DNA from: an uncultured Verrucomicrobiae bacterium
GTDB lineage: Bacteria > Verrucomicrobiota > Verrucomicrobiia > Limisphaerales > Palsa-1400
Direction: 5' to 3'
Length of the DNA stretch: 64,000 bases
Assembly: GCA_963764165.1 (NCBI GenBank)
Contig: CAVXRD010000002.1
Coordinates: 2,880,001 to 2,944,000, forward strand
Of this stretch, positions 32,216-42,031 are shown one piece after another. A program made the translations under genes and the position numbers. Under the pieces are notes generated by a model. The model saw nothing but the letters and a program-made list of their open reading frames with translations. It did not search any database and was not told where the DNA came from. Position 1 is the first letter of the stretch. Each line of letters opens with the position of its first letter.

Positions 32216-32938
32216 GGCTTCGCCATTGCCACCTTTTCCGCCATCCATTGAGGCCATGAACAACGCCAGTTGTTCGTCGTGGCACTTGGCGCAAATGCCG
32301 TGCGTAAACCTCGCCTCCGAACGCGATTGGATATATGCCTCGACCTGCTGCCAGTAACCCGAGTCGTTGCGGACTTGTTTGCAATAGGAGCAAATCGGCA
32401 GAAGGCCGGAAAGCGTTTTGACATTCTTCAACGCTTCCGCGAGCCGGGCGCAGGACTCGCGATATTCAAATTGCAGCATCACCATGCGCGACAGCCGCGT
32501 CAGCGCCTCGGCCTGCTCCAGCGACAACCGGCGCGGCTTGTGATCAATCACACACACTGAGCCAAGACCAAAGCCATCACTCGTTTGCAGCGGCGCGCCC
32601 GCGTAAAAACGAATGCCCGGATTATTAACCACCAGCGGATTATCGCGAAACCGTTCGTCACGCGTAGCGTCCTCGACGATGAGCATGTCGGACTGAAGAA
32701 TTGTGTAAGCGCAGAAAGCCTGGTCGCGCGGAGTCTCGGACGCCGTCAGGCCGACCTGGGATTTGAACCATTGCCGATTCTCGTCCACCAGCGTCACTGT
32801 GGCGATGGGAGTCTGGCAGATGAAAGCGGCGAGCTTGGTGATATCGTCAAATGACCGCTCTGGAGCGGTATCAAGAATATGATATTTCCGCAAAGCCTCA
32901 AGCCGTTCGTTTTCGTTAGCGGGAAGTGGCGCCGTCAT
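32210..32938 (-). CDS. GAF domain protein with C-terminal Cys-rich (CxxC...HGICxxC) domain
   Basis: ENERLEALRKYHILDT, FCAYTI, IRFYAGAPL, GSVCVID; LLPICSYCKQVR...YW...FTHGICAKC; stop codon lies in the REP. Confidence 0.88.
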   Translation of the reverse strand: MTAPLPANENERLEALRKYHILDTAPERSFDDITKLAAFICQTPIATVTLVDENRQWFKSQVGLTASETPRDQAFCAYTILQSDMLIVEDATRDERFRDNPLVVNNPGIRFYAGAPLQTSDGFGLGSVCVIDHKPRRLSLEQAEALTRLSRMVMLQFEYRESCARLAEALKNVKTLSGLLPICSYCKQVRNDSGYWQQVEAYIQSRSEARFTHGICAKCHDEQLALFMASMDGGKGGNGEAR

Positions 32939-33025
32939 CGCGCGAATATCGCCTATGAGTGACACCAAGGCAAGCTGGGCATGCTTCGGACTGGTGCGGT
33001 GGTGGATTTCGATTATGATTTGTTT

Positions 33026-34393
33026 GTGACGGGCAAAGATCTGTTTTCCAACGCGCCGGCGCCGCCTGACGAACAAAGCGCAGGGGCCGGGCATCAGAGT
33101 TATGCCGCACAACCGCTCGCCGCCCGGATGCGGCCTCGCAATCTTGACGAATTCGCGGGGCAAAAGCATATCCTCGCCAAGGGGCTCTTGCTGCGCCGCG
33201 CCATCGAGGCGGACCGCATTCAATCGCTGATTTTTTACGGGCCGCCGGGAACCGGCAAAACGTCGCTGGCGCAAATCATTGCCAGGCAAACCAAAAGCAA
33301 ATTCGACCGTCTCAGCGGCGTCGAATCCAACGTTGCCGATATGCGGCGCGTGCTGGCCGCCGCCTCCAACCGGCTCGAAAACACGGGGCAATCGACCATT
33401 TTATTTATCGACGAAATCCACCGATTCAACAAGGCGCAACAGGATGTCTTGCTGCCGGATGTCGAAAGCGGCGTCGTTCGCTTAATTGGCGCAACGACGC
33501 ACAATCCGTTTTTCTTCGTCAATTCGCCGCTCGTTTCGCGCTCGCAAATCTTCGAGCTTCAGGCGCTCACCGAGGATGATTTGCTGGAGCTGCTGCATCG
33601 CGCGCTTGGTGACACGGAGCGAGGCCTTGGGAATTTCAAAATCCAGGCGGACGAAGATGCGCTCCGGCACCTCGCCAAGGTGGCGGATGGCGACGCCCGG
33701 AAATCGCTGAACTCGCTTGAAATCGCCGCCCTCACCACGCCGCCGGGCGCGGATGGGATTATTCATATTGACATGGCCGCGGCCGAGCAGTGCATCCAGA
33801 AGAAGGCGGTGGTTTACGACGCGGATGGCGATGCGCATTATGACACGATTTCCGCCTTCATCAAATCCATGCGCGGGGCCGATGTCGATGCCGCGCTTTA
33901 TTGGCTCGCGAAAATGATCCACGCTGGGGAAGATCCGCGCTTCATCACGCGCCGCATTGTGATTTGCGCGGCGGAGGATGTCGGACTGGCGGATCCGATG
34001 GCATTGGTGCTGGCGACTGCGGCTAATGAGGCGGCGGAATTTGTCGGCTGGCCGGAAGCCCGCATTCCGATTGCGGAAGCGACGATTTACATCGCGACCG
34101 CGAACAAGAGCAACAGCGCCATGGTGGCGATTGACTCGGCGCTGAGCGATGTCCGCTCCGGGCGCACGCTCGCCGTGCCGAACGCGCTGCGCGACGCGCA
34201 TTATAAGAGCGCGGCAAAGCTTGGCCACGGTGTCGATTATAAATATGCGCACGATTTTCCCGAGCACTTCGTGGCCCAGGATTATCTGGGCGCGGCGCGG
34301 CGCTACTACGAACCCACCGATCAAGGATCGGAGAAGAAAATCAAGGAGCGCATCGAAAAGTGGCGGGCTGAAATCGAAGCGTTGCGCAAATGA
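33026..34393 (+). CDS. rarA: replication-associated recombination protein A (MgsA)
   Basis: PLAARMRP, GPPGTGKT, FIDEIHRFNKAQQD, ATTHNP, HYDTISAFIKSMRG, EDVGLADP. Confidence 0.95.
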   Translation: MTGKDLFSNAPAPPDEQSAGAGHQSYAAQPLAARMRPRNLDEFAGQKHILAKGLLLRRAIEADRIQSLIFYGPPGTGKTSLAQIIARQTKSKFDRLSGVESNVADMRRVLAAASNRLENTGQSTILFIDEIHRFNKAQQDVLLPDVESGVVRLIGATTHNPFFFVNSPLVSRSQIFELQALTEDDLLELLHRALGDTERGLGNFKIQADEDALRHLAKVADGDARKSLNSLEIAALTTPPGADGIIHIDMAAAEQCIQKKAVVYDADGDAHYDTISAFIKSMRGADVDAALYWLAKMIHAGEDPRFITRRIVICAAEDVGLADPMALVLATAANEAAEFVGWPEARIPIAEATIYIATANKSNSAMVAIDSALSDVRSGRTLAVPNALRDAHYKSAAKLGHGVDYKYAHDFPEHFVAQDYLGAARRYYEPTDQGSEKKIKERIEKWRAEIEALRK

Positions 34394-34971
34394 ATCCCGA
34401 GGCCGCTCCTGACAAAGCCGGATGGCGCCGCCAATTCCGCGGAATCCTCAAAAGCATCGCGCCAGCCCAGCGGGAGGAAGACTCCATCCGCGCAGGCCAA
34501 TTGCTGCGCAAGCAAGAAATTTGGCGGAACGCCCGCGCGATTTTATTTTACGCGGCGCTTCCTGGAGAGTTAGACTTGACGCCATTGATTCCCGAAGCGC
34601 TTCAATCCGGTCAAGTCGTCGCTCTGCCGCGCTTTGTCCCAGCCACCGGAGCTTACGAGGCAGTTCTCATTGCGGCCTACGAGACGGATTGCGCCGCTGG
34701 CCAATTCGGCATTGCCGAGCCTGGGGCGCATTGCGAAGCCATCGCGTTGAATCGGCTGGACTTGGCGCTGACGCCGGGATTAGGATTCGATTTGTCTGGA
34801 CGCCGGCTCGGCCGGGGCCAAGGGTTCTACGACCGGTTGCTGGCTGAAATTGCAGGTGTCAAATGCGGAGTCGCCTTCGACCCACAAGTCGTGGCGCATC
34901 TTCCCGCGGAAGGACACGATATTACGATGAACTTTATTTTGACGCCGACGCGCTGGCTCGAAGTTTCCTGA
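34390..34971 (+). CDS. ygfA: 5-formyltetrahydrofolate cyclo-ligase
   Basis: FGIAEP, PGLGFDLSGRRLGRGQGFYDR, HD. Confidence 0.9.
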   Translation: MNPEAAPDKAGWRRQFRGILKSIAPAQREEDSIRAGQLLRKQEIWRNARAILFYAALPGELDLTPLIPEALQSGQVVALPRFVPATGAYEAVLIAAYETDCAAGQFGIAEPGAHCEAIALNRLDLALTPGLGFDLSGRRLGRGQGFYDRLLAEIAGVKCGVAFDPQVVAHLPAEGHDITMNFILTPTRWLEVS

Positions 34972-34989
34972 CCGATTGTCCGTTAACTC

Positions 34990-36561
34990 ATGAATTTCAC
35001 GTCAAACACTGGCATCGCCGTCATGATCGCCGCTGGCACGGTCGTCGGCATCGTTATCGGTTACTTGATCCATGTTTTTCGTGATCGCGCCCTCCGCATC
35101 GGAATTCAAAACGAGAAAAAAGAAATATTGGAGAAAGCCCGGCTTGAGGCGGAATCTTTGGCCCGTGACGCGCGGCTGAAGGCCAACGAAGACTCCCTTA
35201 AACTGCGGACAGACGTCGAACAAATGGCAGCCACACGGCAAAAGGAGCTTTCCGCCGTGGAACAGCGATTGGTGGTGCGGGAGGAGCTCGTCAATCGCCA
35301 ATTGGAAAACCTCGTGCGCGAGGAAAAAGTGCTCCGCGCCGACCGCGACGCGCTGGCCGCCAAAACCGCCGAGGCCGAAGCCCAGCGCAAATTGGCGGAC
35401 GAATTGGTGGTCCAGCGCCGGGCCGAGCTGGCCGAAGTCTCCAAGCTCAGCGGGGCCGAGGTGCGGGCGGCCTTTCTCAAGCAAATCGAGCAGGAAAGCA
35501 TGCGGGACGCGATGCATCTCTCCCAGCACATCATGGACGACGCCAAGGCGCGGGCGGAGGAGCAGGCGCGCAAGATCGTGAGCCTGGCCATTCAGCGTTA
35601 CGGCGGCCACCACAGTTTTGAAACCTCGACCGCGACTGTCAACATCAAGGGCGAGGAAATGAAGGGCCGCATCATCGGCCGCGAAGGGCGCAACATCCGC
35701 GCCTTCGAAGCCGCCACGGGCGTGACGGTATTGATCGATGACACTCCCGGCGCGGTGGTGCTTTCCGGCTTCGACCCCGTCCGCCGCCAGATTGCCCGCG
35801 AAGCGATGGAGCGCCTTATACTTGACGGCAGAATTCATCCGTCGCGCATCGAGGAAGTGGTGGCCAACGTCACCCAGGAAATGGATCTGGCCATTCAAAA
35901 CGCGGGCGAGGAAGCGGTGATGAAACTTGGCCTGGCCCCAATGCACTCCGAGTTAATCAAGCTGCTGGGCCGCCTGCATTTCCGCCATAGTTTTGCCCAA
36001 AACATTCTGGCCCACTCAGTCGAAGTCGCGCAATTGATGGCGCTGATGGCGGCGGAATTGCGCCTTGATGTGGCTGCGGCCAAGCGCTCCGGCCTGCTTC
36101 ACGACATTGGCAAGGCTGTCAATCACGAGATCGAAGGCGCCCACGCGATTGTCGGCGCGGAAATCGCCAAGCGATATGGCGAAGCCGATGAGATCGTCAA
36201 CGCCATCGCCTCGCACCACGGGGAAGTGCCGCATGTGGGGCCGTTCGGAATTTTGGTCAGCGCGGCCGACGCCATCAGCGCCTCGCGGCCGGGCGCCCGC
36301 TCCGAGACAGTGATGACTTACATCAAGCGCGTCGAAGATTTGGAGCGCATCGGCACTTCATTCCCTGGAGTTGAGAAATGTTACGCGCTTCAGGCAGGTC
36401 GCGAGTTGAGAATCATGGTGGAGCCCGGACAGATCACGGATGAGCAATGCTACATGCTGGCCCGGAACATCGCCCGCAAAATTGAGGAAGAGCTTCAGTA
36501 TCCCGGCCAGATTCGGGTCACGGTCATGCGCGAAACCCGCTGCGTGGAATTTGCGAAGTGA
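34990..36561 (+). CDS. rny: ribonuclease Y
   Basis: N-terminal TM, coiled coil, KH (MKGRIIGREGRNIR), HD (LLHDIGKA), ADAISASRPGAR. Confidence 0.96.
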   Translation: MNFTSNTGIAVMIAAGTVVGIVIGYLIHVFRDRALRIGIQNEKKEILEKARLEAESLARDARLKANEDSLKLRTDVEQMAATRQKELSAVEQRLVVREELVNRQLENLVREEKVLRADRDALAAKTAEAEAQRKLADELVVQRRAELAEVSKLSGAEVRAAFLKQIEQESMRDAMHLSQHIMDDAKARAEEQARKIVSLAIQRYGGHHSFETSTATVNIKGEEMKGRIIGREGRNIRAFEAATGVTVLIDDTPGAVVLSGFDPVRRQIAREAMERLILDGRIHPSRIEEVVANVTQEMDLAIQNAGEEAVMKLGLAPMHSELIKLLGRLHFRHSFAQNILAHSVEVAQLMALMAAELRLDVAAAKRSGLLHDIGKAVNHEIEGAHAIVGAEIAKRYGEADEIVNAIASHHGEVPHVGPFGILVSAADAISASRPGARSETVMTYIKRVEDLERIGTSFPGVEKCYALQAGRELRIMVEPGQITDEQCYMLARNIARKIEEELQYPGQIRVTVMRETRCVEFAK

Positions 36562-36598
36562 GGCAGGGCCGGGACGCCTCGCCTGGTCGTCCTGCCTG
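36561..36598. repeat. degenerate REP/hairpin between convergent genes
   Basis: aggcagggccgggacgcctcgcctggtcgtcctgcctg, contains the family A core ggacgcctcgcc. Confidence 0.5.
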
Positions 36599-36609
36599 CA
36601 GAGCGGTCA

Positions 36610-37539
36610 TCAGGAAAATTCTATTCCACTCGATTTGAAGCCGAAATTTTCTTCCTCCGGCCCCATCACCATCGTCTTCATTCCGGGCCGCAAATTTTGA
36701 ATCGCTTCGTGGCCGTTCGGGCCAAGAACAAGCAGCGCGGTGGAAAGGGCGTCCGTCTCGGTGGCCGAGGGCAGCACGACCGCCGCCTGAATCGCATTAT
36801 TGACAGGCCAGCCGGTTCGCGGATCGATGACGTGGCCAAATTTTCTTCCATCAGCCTCAAACGATTTCCCCCAGACCGCGGAAACCGAAAGCGCGGCGTC
36901 GCGCAGAGTCACAGTGGCGGCGCCTTCGGTTTGATTTTGCCGGCGCGGAATGGCGATCTTCCACCCATCCGCCCCCGGCGGGGAGCCGATGCCGTAAACT
37001 GTGCTCGTTCCCCCATGCAGCAGGGCACACGTCACCCCCGCTTCGCGCAAAAGTTCCACCGCGCAATCCACCGCGCAGCCTTTCCCAATCGCCCCCAAAT
37101 CGACCATCACGCCTTCGCGATCAAATCGAACGCTGTAATTGTTTGCGTCAAGTAGAACATGCGGCATGCCGGAAGCGGCCCGTGCGTCTTCAATTTCATC
37201 GGCCCTCGGCATTCGACCCGAGCCGTGCATGAATCCCCAGCATCGCACCAGCGGGGCGACGGTGATGTCGAACGCACCGCCGCTTTCCCTCTGCAATCGC
37301 TGCGCGAGTTGGAGTAATTCAAATACGGACGGACTCACCCGCACCGGTTCGCGGGCGGCTGAAGCATTGACACGCGCGATTTCGCTGGCCGGGCGGTAAA
37401 GGCTCAGTTGCGCCTCGAGGCGCTCAATTTCGCGCAGCGCCTCCTCGCCAGCGCCGCGCAGGCGCGTCGAATCGCCACCCGGCAAGACCAGCTCGAAGCG
37501 AGTGGCCATGGCGTTCACAGCGAGGCGAACCGGATTCAT
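36610..37539 (-). CDS. apbE: FAD:protein FMN transferase
   Basis: AMATRF, SEIARVN, GAFDITV, DLGAIGKG, HVIDPRTG, DALSTAL; ATGA overlap with the LysE gene. Confidence 0.9.
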   Translation of the reverse strand: MNPVRLAVNAMATRFELVLPGGDSTRLRGAGEEALREIERLEAQLSLYRPASEIARVNASAAREPVRVSPSVFELLQLAQRLQRESGGAFDITVAPLVRCWGFMHGSGRMPRADEIEDARAASGMPHVLLDANNYSVRFDREGVMVDLGAIGKGCAVDCAVELLREAGVTCALLHGGTSTVYGIGSPPGADGWKIAIPRRQNQTEGAATVTLRDAALSVSAVWGKSFEADGRKFGHVIDPRTGWPVNNAIQAAVVLPSATETDALSTALLVLGPNGHEAIQNLRPGMKTMVMGPEEENFGFKSSGIEFS

Positions 37540-38153
37540 TTTCGAAAACAAGTGGAAAGCGCATACAGCCCGAAAGCCACAATGATCGCGCCTGAAAAAC
37601 GGTTCACCGCCTGCATCCATGCGGCGTCGATGCGCGCGCGAAAAAGAGAAACCGCCCCGCTCAGAAACAGCCACCACAGAGCGGAGCCGAGGAAAACTCC
37701 CGCCACCAGCATCACAGCGCTCAGATAATCCGGCGAAGCGCCCAGACCAAATCCCGCAAAGATCGCCACGAACGAAAGAATGGTCATCGGGTTTGTGGCC
37801 GTGAGAAAAAATGTCGAGAAATACGCGGAAAGCAAACCGGCGCCCTTGGCTTCGGCTGGCTTATCGGCGGGTTTGCTGCGAAAGGTTTGAATCCCAAGCC
37901 AGCAGAGAAATAATCCGCCGATCAAGCCAAGCCACATTTTCTGTCCGACCAGAAAACTAGATATGACGGTAAGCCCAAATCCCGCCACGCCTCCATAAGC
38001 CGCATCCGCCGTTGCCGCCCCTAATCCCGTAGCGAGGCCCGCTCTTGCGCCATCCGCCAGCGTGCGGCGAATGCACAAAACACCAATCGGCCCAACCGGC
38101 GCAGCAATCGAAAGTCCGATGACGCCGCCTTTGAATAGGAAGTTGAGATTCAT
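37536..38153 (-). CDS. LysE family translocator
   Basis: GLSIAAPVGPIGVLCIRRTL, GLGAATAD, TATNPMTILSF, GSALWW. Confidence 0.9.
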   Translation of the reverse strand: MNLNFLFKGGVIGLSIAAPVGPIGVLCIRRTLADGARAGLATGLGAATADAAYGGVAGFGLTVISSFLVGQKMWLGLIGGLFLCWLGIQTFRSKPADKPAEAKGAGLLSAYFSTFFLTATNPMTILSFVAIFAGFGLGASPDYLSAVMLVAGVFLGSALWWLFLSGAVSLFRARIDAAWMQAVNRFSGAIIVAFGLYALSTCFRK

Positions 38154-38168
38154 ATGACTGTGGCTTTG

Positions 38169-38275
38169 GGAGCGCACGCGCCCCGCGTGCAGACAATCGG
38201 CGCCCTCGCCGATTGCCCCTTTTGGGATGTGGCTGGCGAGGCGCCAACCACGGCATGAGAGGGCGCGTGTGCTCC
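38169..38275. repeat. REPIN-like inverted repeat (GGAGCGCACGCGCCC family)
   Basis: ggagcgcacgcgccccgcgtgc ... gcatgagagggcgcgtgtgctcc. Confidence 0.65.
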
Positions 38276-38309
38276 TCTGCATTGTAATCTCAAGCGCATC
38301 GCAAATTCG

Positions 38310-39194
38310 TCACGCCACAAAACGCGGCTCGTAGACCGGGCCGAGATTGTGCTTGCGGAGAAGTTCCACAAATTTGGCCAGCCCTCGCCGCTCGTCCGTG
38401 GCGAGATGATAATGAATGTGCCAGGTCAGGTAATCCTTGCGGAACTCGTAATCAAAATCCGTCCGGCTGTGGATAATGTAGTCGAGTGTATCCAGGCCGA
38501 AGCTCTTTGCCTCGCGCAACCGGCGGCGCAGCGGTTCATTCGGAATCCGGCGCAGCGCCCAGACGGCGAACACAAACGGCAATTTCGTCAATTCGTACCA
38601 GGCGGCGCCCAAATCCCATATCTCGTGCGCATGCTCCGAGCGCAAAAATTCAATCGCCGGGTCGCCGATCAAAAGAATGTTGTCAAGCGAATGCGCGGAC
38701 TTGTAATCCGGCAGCGGGCGCAATTCGGGATTCCAGCCGTTTTCCGCCAGGAGCACTTTCAGCAGGTTCAAGCTCGAAAGCGTCGCGGTGTCGCAATAAA
38801 TTTCGCGAATCTCCGCCAGCGGCTGGCGGTGGGCCAGGAAAACGCTCTTCACTTCGCCCAGCGAGGCCACCGCCACACCGTCAAGTATATCGTAGCGATC
38901 ATTGAGCAGCGCCTCGGTGACGCTGAGAAGCGCGGCGTCCAATTGATCGTTGCGCAGCATCTTCGCCAGTTCGGATGGCGGCGCGAAAATAATTTGATCC
39001 TCCAGCCCGCGCGTGAGCGGAACGGCGTTGAGATACGGGACGGAGCCGACTTTGAATCCGCCGAGCCCTTCCTCCAGGCTTGACTCGCGCTGGAGCAGGA
39101 CGGGCCGCGTTTCGCGCTCGAAACGATGCGCCAATTCCTCCGGCGTCTCGGTTCGGGCGAGCCGCAATTTCGGTGATGGATCCGAGGGTTGCAT
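38310..39194 (-). CDS. mqnA: chorismate dehydratase (futalosine pathway)
   Basis: VGSVPYLNAVPL, VKSV, LLIGDPA, DLGAAWYELTKLPFVFAVW. Confidence 0.9.
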   Translation of the reverse strand: MQPSDPSPKLRLARTETPEELAHRFERETRPVLLQRESSLEEGLGGFKVGSVPYLNAVPLTRGLEDQIIFAPPSELAKMLRNDQLDAALLSVTEALLNDRYDILDGVAVASLGEVKSVFLAHRQPLAEIREIYCDTATLSSLNLLKVLLAENGWNPELRPLPDYKSAHSLDNILLIGDPAIEFLRSEHAHEIWDLGAAWYELTKLPFVFAVWALRRIPNEPLRRRLREAKSFGLDTLDYIIHSRTDFDYEFRKDYLTWHIHYHLATDERRGLAKFVELLRKHNLGPVYEPRFVA

Positions 39195-39202
39195 GGCCGC
39201 GA

Positions 39203-40360
39203 TTACGCCGGGACGAGAGTCGTTTCGGCGGCGGGCTGGGGCGGATTGTTTGTCGCGGGCGATTCGTCCCACACTTTGACGGGCTCGTAAAATGTGTTGC
39301 GCTGGACGGGAACGCGGCCGGTTTCGCGAATCGCTTTCACCATGTCGACTTCCGTTTGCAATTGCGGCGTGCGCGCGCCCGCCATGTGGAAAATGTGCTC
39401 CTCCATGATCGTGCCGTGAAGATCATCCGCGCCGTAATTGAGGGCAACCTGCGCCAGCTTCATGCCGAGGCCAATCCAATAGGCGGTAATGTGGTCGAAA
39501 TTGTCGAGGTAAAGCCGGCTCACCGCAATCGTGCGCAACGAATCAAATCCCGTGGGCGGAACTTTCACGGGAATCTCGTTGTTCTCCGGCTGATACGCCA
39601 GCGGCACGAATCCGACGAAGCCGTGCGTCTCATCCTGCAATTCGCGCAATCGCCGCAAATGATCCACGCGATCCGCCAGCGTTTCGACGTGGCCGTAAAG
39701 CATCGTGCAAGTGCTGCGCCCGCCCATTTTGTGCCAGATGCGGTGAACATCGAGATATTCCTCGGCCGATTCCTTGCCCTTGGCAATGCGCGAACGCACT
39801 TCCTGGCGGAAAATTTCCGCGCCGCCGCCCGTCAACGATGCAAGCCCCGCCTCTTTCAATTCGCGCAACGTGTCTGCGACGGATCTTTTCCCGATCCACG
39901 CCAAATGCAAAATTTCTATGGCTGTAAAACATTTCAATTGCAGCCGCGCATCCACCGCTCTCAGCGCGCGCAGCATATCCGTGTAATAACTGAACGGCAG
40001 CGACGGATGAAGCCCGCCAACAATGTGCAATTCCGTCACGCCGACAGCCAAAGCCTCGCGCGCCTTCCGCACAATTTCCTCCACCGTGAATTGCATTCCA
40101 TCCGCGTCGCGCTTCTTGCGCGCGAAGGCGCAGAATTGGCAGCTCAGGATGCAGTAATTGGAGTAATTGACGTAGCGATTGATGATGTAGCTGGCGCGCC
40201 CGTGGGTCTTGCGGCGGCAGGCGAGCTCCGCCAGCGCGCCGACAGCGTTCAAGTCCTTGCTTTCGAGCAGACGGAGAGCTTCGTCGTCGTTGATTCGCTC
40301 CCCGGCGGCGACCTTTTCATACAAGCCGCGCCAGGGCCCCTTTTGCAAAATAAAGTTCAC
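39203..40360 (-). CDS. mqnE: aminofutalosine synthase (radical SAM, CofH/MqnE family)
   Basis: NYSNYCILSCQFCAF, ELHIVGGLHP, GGGAEIF, TMLYGHVE, HITAYW, GADDLHGTIMEEHIFHMAG. Confidence 0.85.
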   Translation of the reverse strand: MNFILQKGPWRGLYEKVAAGERINDDEALRLLESKDLNAVGALAELACRRKTHGRASYIINRYVNYSNYCILSCQFCAFARKKRDADGMQFTVEEIVRKAREALAVGVTELHIVGGLHPSLPFSYYTDMLRALRAVDARLQLKCFTAIEILHLAWIGKRSVADTLRELKEAGLASLTGGGAEIFRQEVRSRIAKGKESAEEYLDVHRIWHKMGGRSTCTMLYGHVETLADRVDHLRRLRELQDETHGFVGFVPLAYQPENNEIPVKVPPTGFDSLRTIAVSRLYLDNFDHITAYWIGLGMKLAQVALNYGADDLHGTIMEEHIFHMAGARTPQLQTEVDMVKAIRETGRVPVQRNTFYEPVKVWDESPATNNPPQPAAETTLVPA

Positions 40361-41367
40361 GTTTTAAACCGCATGGATGGAAACACAATTTCCGTGAGAG
40401 TCACGACCAGAAACACGACGCTCAGCAGCGCGTTGAGGCGGAAGAAAGCCAGTTGAATCCAGTTCAGCCCGCGGCGCCGCGCCAGAAAATGCTCAATCAG
40501 CAGGCAGCCGAGGATGAAGACCAGGCCGGCGTCGTAGACAAAATGAAAACCCGCCATCAGCCCAAAGCCGACGAGCAATCCCCACATCAGCATGTGGCAA
40601 AGGAACGAAACGCCAAGCGCGTTGGCCACGCCCCAGCGCACAACAAGCGAATGCAAACCGTTGCGCCGGTCAAACTCGTAATCCTGCACCGCGTAAATAA
40701 TGTCGAAACCGACCAGCCAAAACACCACCGCGACCGCCAGCGCCAACGGCAAGGCGGCGCTGTATTGGAGCACGCGGAAGCCATGGCCCTCCGGGAAGAA
40801 ATGAAAATCCCCGCGCACCGCCAGCCACGCCCCGATGGGCGCGAGCGCCAGCGCGATCCCCAAAAAGACATGCGTAAAATCCGTGAACCGTTTCGTCAGC
40901 GAATAAAAACAAACGACGAGCAGAGCGACTGGCGAAAGGCAAAAACAAATTGAGTTCAGGAAAAAAGACGCCACCACCAGGCCCGCCCCGCTTGTCAAAC
41001 ATAACATCCACGCCGCCGCCAGCGAGATTTCGCCGCGCGGCAGATGGCGGGCGGCGGTCCGCGGATTGGCGCGGTCGAAATCGCGGTCGGCGATGCGGTT
41101 GAAGGACATCGCGCATGTCCGCGCGCACGTCATCGAAGCGAGGATGAGGAGGAATTTCTGAGCGCCCGGCCATCCGCGTTGGTCGCGGGCCGCGATGGCC
41201 ATCGAGGCCAGCGCGAAGGGGAGCGCGAAGACGGTGTGCGAGAGCTTTACGAATTCCGCCCAGCGCCGGACGGTGGCAAACGGGCCCGTTTCGGGTCGAG
41301 CCAACGGCTTCGCCCGCGACAGCGCTTGTTCCAGATTTTGATCCTGGCGGTCTGAGATGCTTTTCAT
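40357..41367 (-). CDS. mqnP: UbiA-like polyprenyltransferase (futalosine pathway)
   Basis: HTVFALPFA, FNRIADRDFDRANPRTAARHLP, YSLTKRF, GFDIIYAVQD; upstream of mqnE and mqnA. Confidence 0.85.
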   Translation of the reverse strand: MKSISDRQDQNLEQALSRAKPLARPETGPFATVRRWAEFVKLSHTVFALPFALASMAIAARDQRGWPGAQKFLLILASMTCARTCAMSFNRIADRDFDRANPRTAARHLPRGEISLAAAWMLCLTSGAGLVVASFFLNSICFCLSPVALLVVCFYSLTKRFTDFTHVFLGIALALAPIGAWLAVRGDFHFFPEGHGFRVLQYSAALPLALAVAVVFWLVGFDIIYAVQDYEFDRRNGLHSLVVRWGVANALGVSFLCHMLMWGLLVGFGLMAGFHFVYDAGLVFILGCLLIEHFLARRRGLNWIQLAFFRLNALLSVVFLVVTLTEIVFPSMRFKT

Positions 41368-41421
41368 TTCCCGCGCCAGCAATGTAGGCGAGAATCCGGC
41401 GGGAAGCCATGCGGTATTTGG

Positions 41422-41478
41422 AGGCAGGGACGTCTCGTTTGCCGCGCCGAAGCTCTAGCGAAGGCAGGCCGGGGGTCC
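41422..41478. repeat. family A REP interrupted by a second repeat type
   Basis: aggcagggacgtctc [gtttgccgcgccgaagctctagcgaaggcagg] ccgggggtcc. Confidence 0.5.
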
Positions 41479-41481
41479 AGT

Positions 41482-41742
41482 TCAGTTTTGCCCACTCCGC
41501 TGGCGGTAGAGGGACCGCTCGCGCGGCGTCATCCGCCCGCCGTTCTGGCCCGCATACGGATTTTCATCCGAGCCGCTCGTTGGATTATGAAATCTGGTCG
41601 AGGAAGCATCGAAGGCGGCCGGGATCACGGAGACGACTTTGCAAGCTTCATAAACGCCCGAGCCAAGCAAGGCGACGAACCCCGCGATGAACCCCCACAG
41701 AAAGACGAGGTCCGAAAAAGATTGGCGGGGCCGCTTTTGCAC
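41482..41742 (-). CDS. small single-TM hypothetical protein (86 aa)
   Basis: GTG start 6 nt after TTGCCG-N17-TATGCT; MQKRPRQSFSDLVFLWGFIAGFVALLG. Confidence 0.6.
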   Translation of the reverse strand: MQKRPRQSFSDLVFLWGFIAGFVALLGSGVYEACKVVSVIPAAFDASSTRFHNPTSGSDENPYAGQNGGRMTPRERSLYRQRSGQN

Positions 41743-41814
41743 AACCACAGCATACGCTGTTGCTTGCGATACGGCAATCCTTTCACGAAGCAGGGCAGAC
41801 GCATCTAAATTCCG

Positions 41815-41918
41815 AGGTAGGGACGCCTCGCCGGAGGCGTCCGGTTGCGCGGGAATAATGCCACGGCTTGGGCGTGACGAATGCCTCACTCCGGACGCCT
41901 CGGCGAGGCGTCCCTACC
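41815..41918. repeat. REPIN family A
   Basis: aggtagggacgcctcgccggaggcgtcc ... ggacgcctcggcgaggcgtccctacc. Confidence 0.88.
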
Positions 41919-42031
41919 CATCAACGAGCGGGTCGCTCGTTGATTTTCAATAGATGACAGGAATTAAGATGCGTCTGCCCTGTTTCACGAAGGCGGCTCG
42001 GCTGGAGCCTCGCCCTACCTGGCGTTCCGGC

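Noticed and set aside
34380..34990. 6S RNA expected near 5-formyl-THF cyclo-ligase/rny
   Set aside because: Genes overlap or are 18 bp apart; no room or structure for it
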